From positions 1 to 25,814 of the IMG/VR virus record IMGVR_UViG_3300006868_000092: 25,814 bases of DNA; one strand, 5' to 3'. Shown one piece after another: positions 24,301-25,814 of this stretch. Source of the stretch: a virus. Its lineage: Duplodnaviria > Caudoviricetes. The position numbers were made by a program, and so were the translations under genes. Positions within the stretch are counted from its first letter, which is position 1; each line of letters opens with the position of its first letter. Under the pieces are notes generated by a model that did not search any database, had not been told where the DNA came from, and saw only the letters and a program-made list of their open reading frames with translations.

Positions 24301-25814
24301 TTGAGCAGTTTCCATATCGCCAGAATCTATTGCTTTTTTATAAGCAGAATCAATAGAAGATAACTTTACATCAGCCCCTTCAAACTTATCCCTTCCTCTA
24401 TCAGCTGTTGCTTTAAGTGAACGTAGACTGAAGGACTTTCCGACATTAACGCTGACAGTATCCTTCGCTTCTGTTTCAACGGGATATCTGCTTTCGGTAA
24501 GTCCGATATCTCTAGCGGTTTGCTCTGTAATAGGTCCAAGTCCTCGTCTTTCAGGATCTTTTCTCCAGTTGTATCCGCTATAACTAGACTCTTTTTCCAC
24601 TCCTCCACTTGTAATTTCTCTGCCATAACTTATTCCTACGTAATCATCATCATATTGATTTCCAGTTGCTCTCTTAAATGACCTGAAATCATCAAGTCGA
24701 GTTGCCATTGTTTCCATATTAGCATCTGCCTTGTATTGACCAAAGGATTCACCTTTAACTGCACCAGATAAAGAAGGAAGAGAGTTGTTGTATAAAACAC
24801 TATTACCTAAAGACTTAGCGTAGTCAAATATCTTGTGTGTTCTTTTATAGAAATCATTTTCACGTAACCATTTATCAACTTTAACCATTTCTCCATCAAC
24901 TGGAACTTCACCACGACCATAGGCTGTAGTCATAATGTATGGTGGGTCCATAACTACAAAGTTATTATTTCCTTTTATTAGCTTATGGTAATCTTTAGAT
25001 GAATCATAAGCTCTCCATTCTACCTTGCCACCTTTATTGATAAACTTTTTATAATTTTGATGTAATTCATCTGCTTTTTCTATTGTTTTTCTTATTACAT
25101 CAGTAGATCGACCTTTCCTGTCACCTTGATCAAGTAACGCTCTAATAGCCATCTTTTCTTCATAACTAAACTTATATTCTTTTTTTAATACTTTTTCTAC
25201 TAAGTTTTGGTTATGCTTTCTATTCTTCCAATTTTTACTTCCTTCTTTGACATCAATTTTATTGAAATTTGCACCTTTTTCATAAACATGCTGAAGTAAT
25301 GTTTGTATAGCAGTAAACTCGCCTTTGATTCCATTTTTTGACTCTATTAATTCAAGCAATGGTTTTAATTTTTCTCCATTTAATCCTTTTTTTAAAAATT
25401 TAGAACCATGCATCATGTGCTGTTTTATTTTTCCAACTCTATCTGGCTCAAAATCATTAAAAATAAGTCTTTTGAATTTATTGGTATTTGCAGCCATCCA
25501 TAAACCATAACCACCGGAACCACCAAACATATCAACTATTGTGTCGGTTTCTTCTGGTAGATCATCAATCCATTTTAAAAGAGTTCCACCAACTTTCTCT
25601 ATAAATGATTTTTTATTTCCTTGATAAACTGGAAATCCTATTACATTTCCATTATAAGCATCGGCATTTGTTGTAATTGAATTATTAGCAATCCTATATA
25701 ATCTATCTAAATAAAAAGATGCATCTTTTTGCTGCTTGGCAACTTCCTTATTACTAATATCAGTGCTACCATCCTCATAGGTGTCCTCAGACTTATATTC
25801 AAACTTTTCTTGGT
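21322..25814 (-). CDS. Giant internal virion/ejection polyvalent protein (5'-truncated): Dam-like MTase + ART-PolyVal-like domain + helical ejection core
   Basis: Frame stays open from 25530 to the window edge (translated by hand). MTase motifs FPVYQGNKK, VDMFGGSGG, ND and MDPPY; ART motifs YHGT, FFT, YL...NP and YVVFSPEQIKS; C-terminal core (EAVLTPG, GTW, YKSFP, GGA.G...D, TPF.N) directly upstream of the tail fibre. Confidence 0.85.
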   Translation of the reverse strand, partial: QEKFEYKSEDTYEDGSTDISNKEVAKQQKDASFYLDRLYRIANNSITTNADAYNGNVIGFPVYQGNKKSFIEKVGGTLLKWIDDLPEETDTIVDMFGGSGGYGLWMAANTNKFKRLIFNDFEPDRVGKIKQHMMHGSKFLKKGLNGEKLKPLLELIESKNGIKGEFTAIQTLLQHVYEKGANFNKIDVKEGSKNWKNRKHNQNLVEKVLKKEYKFSYEEKMAIRALLDQGDRKGRSTDVIRKTIEKADELHQNYKKFINKGGKVEWRAYDSSKDYHKLIKGNNNFVVMDPPYIMTTAYGRGEVPVDGEMVKVDKWLRENDFYKRTHKIFDYAKSLGNSVLYNNSLPSLSGAVKGESFGQYKADANMETMATRLDDFRSFKRATGNQYDDDYVGISYGREITSGGVEKESSYSGYNWRKDPERRGLGPITEQTARDIGLTESRYPVETEAKDTVSVNVGKSFSLRSLKATADRGRDKFEGADVKLSSIDSAYKKAIDSGDMETAQKIVNEAAKKAGFLPKVLYHGTDNKFTVFDKGGRSNFPEVANNLKDAHFFTDIEGFAKNFGKETMPVYLKMENPIEESMTFSGVENFDATLNRILLEEGVIDKDGKPTGAERDFDSIILYLENENQFGDAPENPALYVVFSPEQIKSAKPITKDNKGNIIPLSVRFNKYSKDIRFSLSKIAKAVERISFKDDKDINPIAMHYDAVTGDTKRVLRKRAKLMTQLKIGEIIRDYSLATVSLDDSTKILTNILYDEIDYESRGTTARHMKKISDEMEDAGVLDYFASGNNDLEIIKAGYGEAADPKAQAAAKILQKYSHNLVREINRHGGFIPVSKTRIIGQAHNIEAIADFFDIKLYEWTAKGKKLNKQAFSELQGKWKARMLEDLDIQKSFYDRGIGDSALYPDHRQDPKILASLDGAFDGIFTGIHTRADSARGEKSFYHANAAERQAASRLYHFKDGETAGKYHSDTRSSSLSDQFFGEIVHLNNIASLVRKFGPAYREVMNDGLIAMVADVASKSGQLKANEKLNKLKRVVNSAFDELEGANATPENYTWSKIIANTKIFINMTKMGNILISSMSDPAFGARAVARLGRGGNDILPALFESFGAAVDAKTDKGKMVLRGVLGDIESMQITMMSSNRFDPDDIGQSSKMARMQTHWFKSTGITGWNKIWRDAASLMVVRRLGEYSQHDMAWLKANAPEVAKDFEILGIKEESWNAIRNFGSKTQDGKTYVTLDSLEGADADAMFPGVKTAQQRLRLKEEAISSLTAFMRFKMDEAVLTPGLREKLSFTFNTREGTWQNSILKMFTMYKSFPLTAFNKVFMKDIKGGSSGVTLLIWTAAFTTVMQYMAMNVLAMLRGESMHPINSGKTWTEAFLRGGAMGLMADFIFGESQQTLSSPALGMIEDVKRLAKQAVDPENEDFAGDVLDKAKNWTPFINHFAAKAVLDRTLWPFLFDLLDHDKLEQQERYLERMGRQKQDGAINLNDYFETFLIDG

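Noticed and set aside
3261-25510. Many antisense or alternate-frame ORFs in the track (e.g. 3261..3497, 5238..5591, 11003..11317, 21647..22117, 24366..24626)
   Set aside because: They are shadows of well-supported genes, with no motifs or operon fit.
25528-25530. ATG start of the 1402-aa ORF as given in the track
   Set aside because: It falls inside MTase motif I, and the frame is open upstream to the window end.

Overview
This window is a fragment of a tailed dsDNA bacteriophage genome, probably podovirus-like, of about 38-42% GC by eye. From left to right it holds: (1) a possible terminal/control region and a string of small + strand early genes ending in an SleB-like cell-wall hydrolase; (2) a - strand replication block with a lambda-O-like initiator carrying internal iterons, a T7 gp4/Twinkle-like primase-helicase and an SSB-like protein; (3) a divergent + strand recombination block with an RHH regulator, a RecT/Red-beta-like annealase, a DUF2800/Cas4-like nuclease and RusA, followed by small genes with repeated junction sequences; (4) the distal end of the - strand late operon. 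That operon contains a giant virion/ejection protein that runs off the right edge and carries a Dam-like DNA methyltransferase and an ART-PolyVal-like ADP-ribosyltransferase, two tail fibres, three paralogous small virion proteins, a multi-LamG adhesin with apparently nested domains, and candidate lysis membrane proteins. The most notable signals are the enzyme-loaded ejection protein, a sharp CCGG-rich versus CCGG-poor partition of the window, the nested LamG architecture and the junction-repeat gene cassettes. No CRISPR array, reverse transcriptase, integrase, DNA polymerase or canonical tRNA was seen. All family calls come from motif recognition by eye, not from searches.
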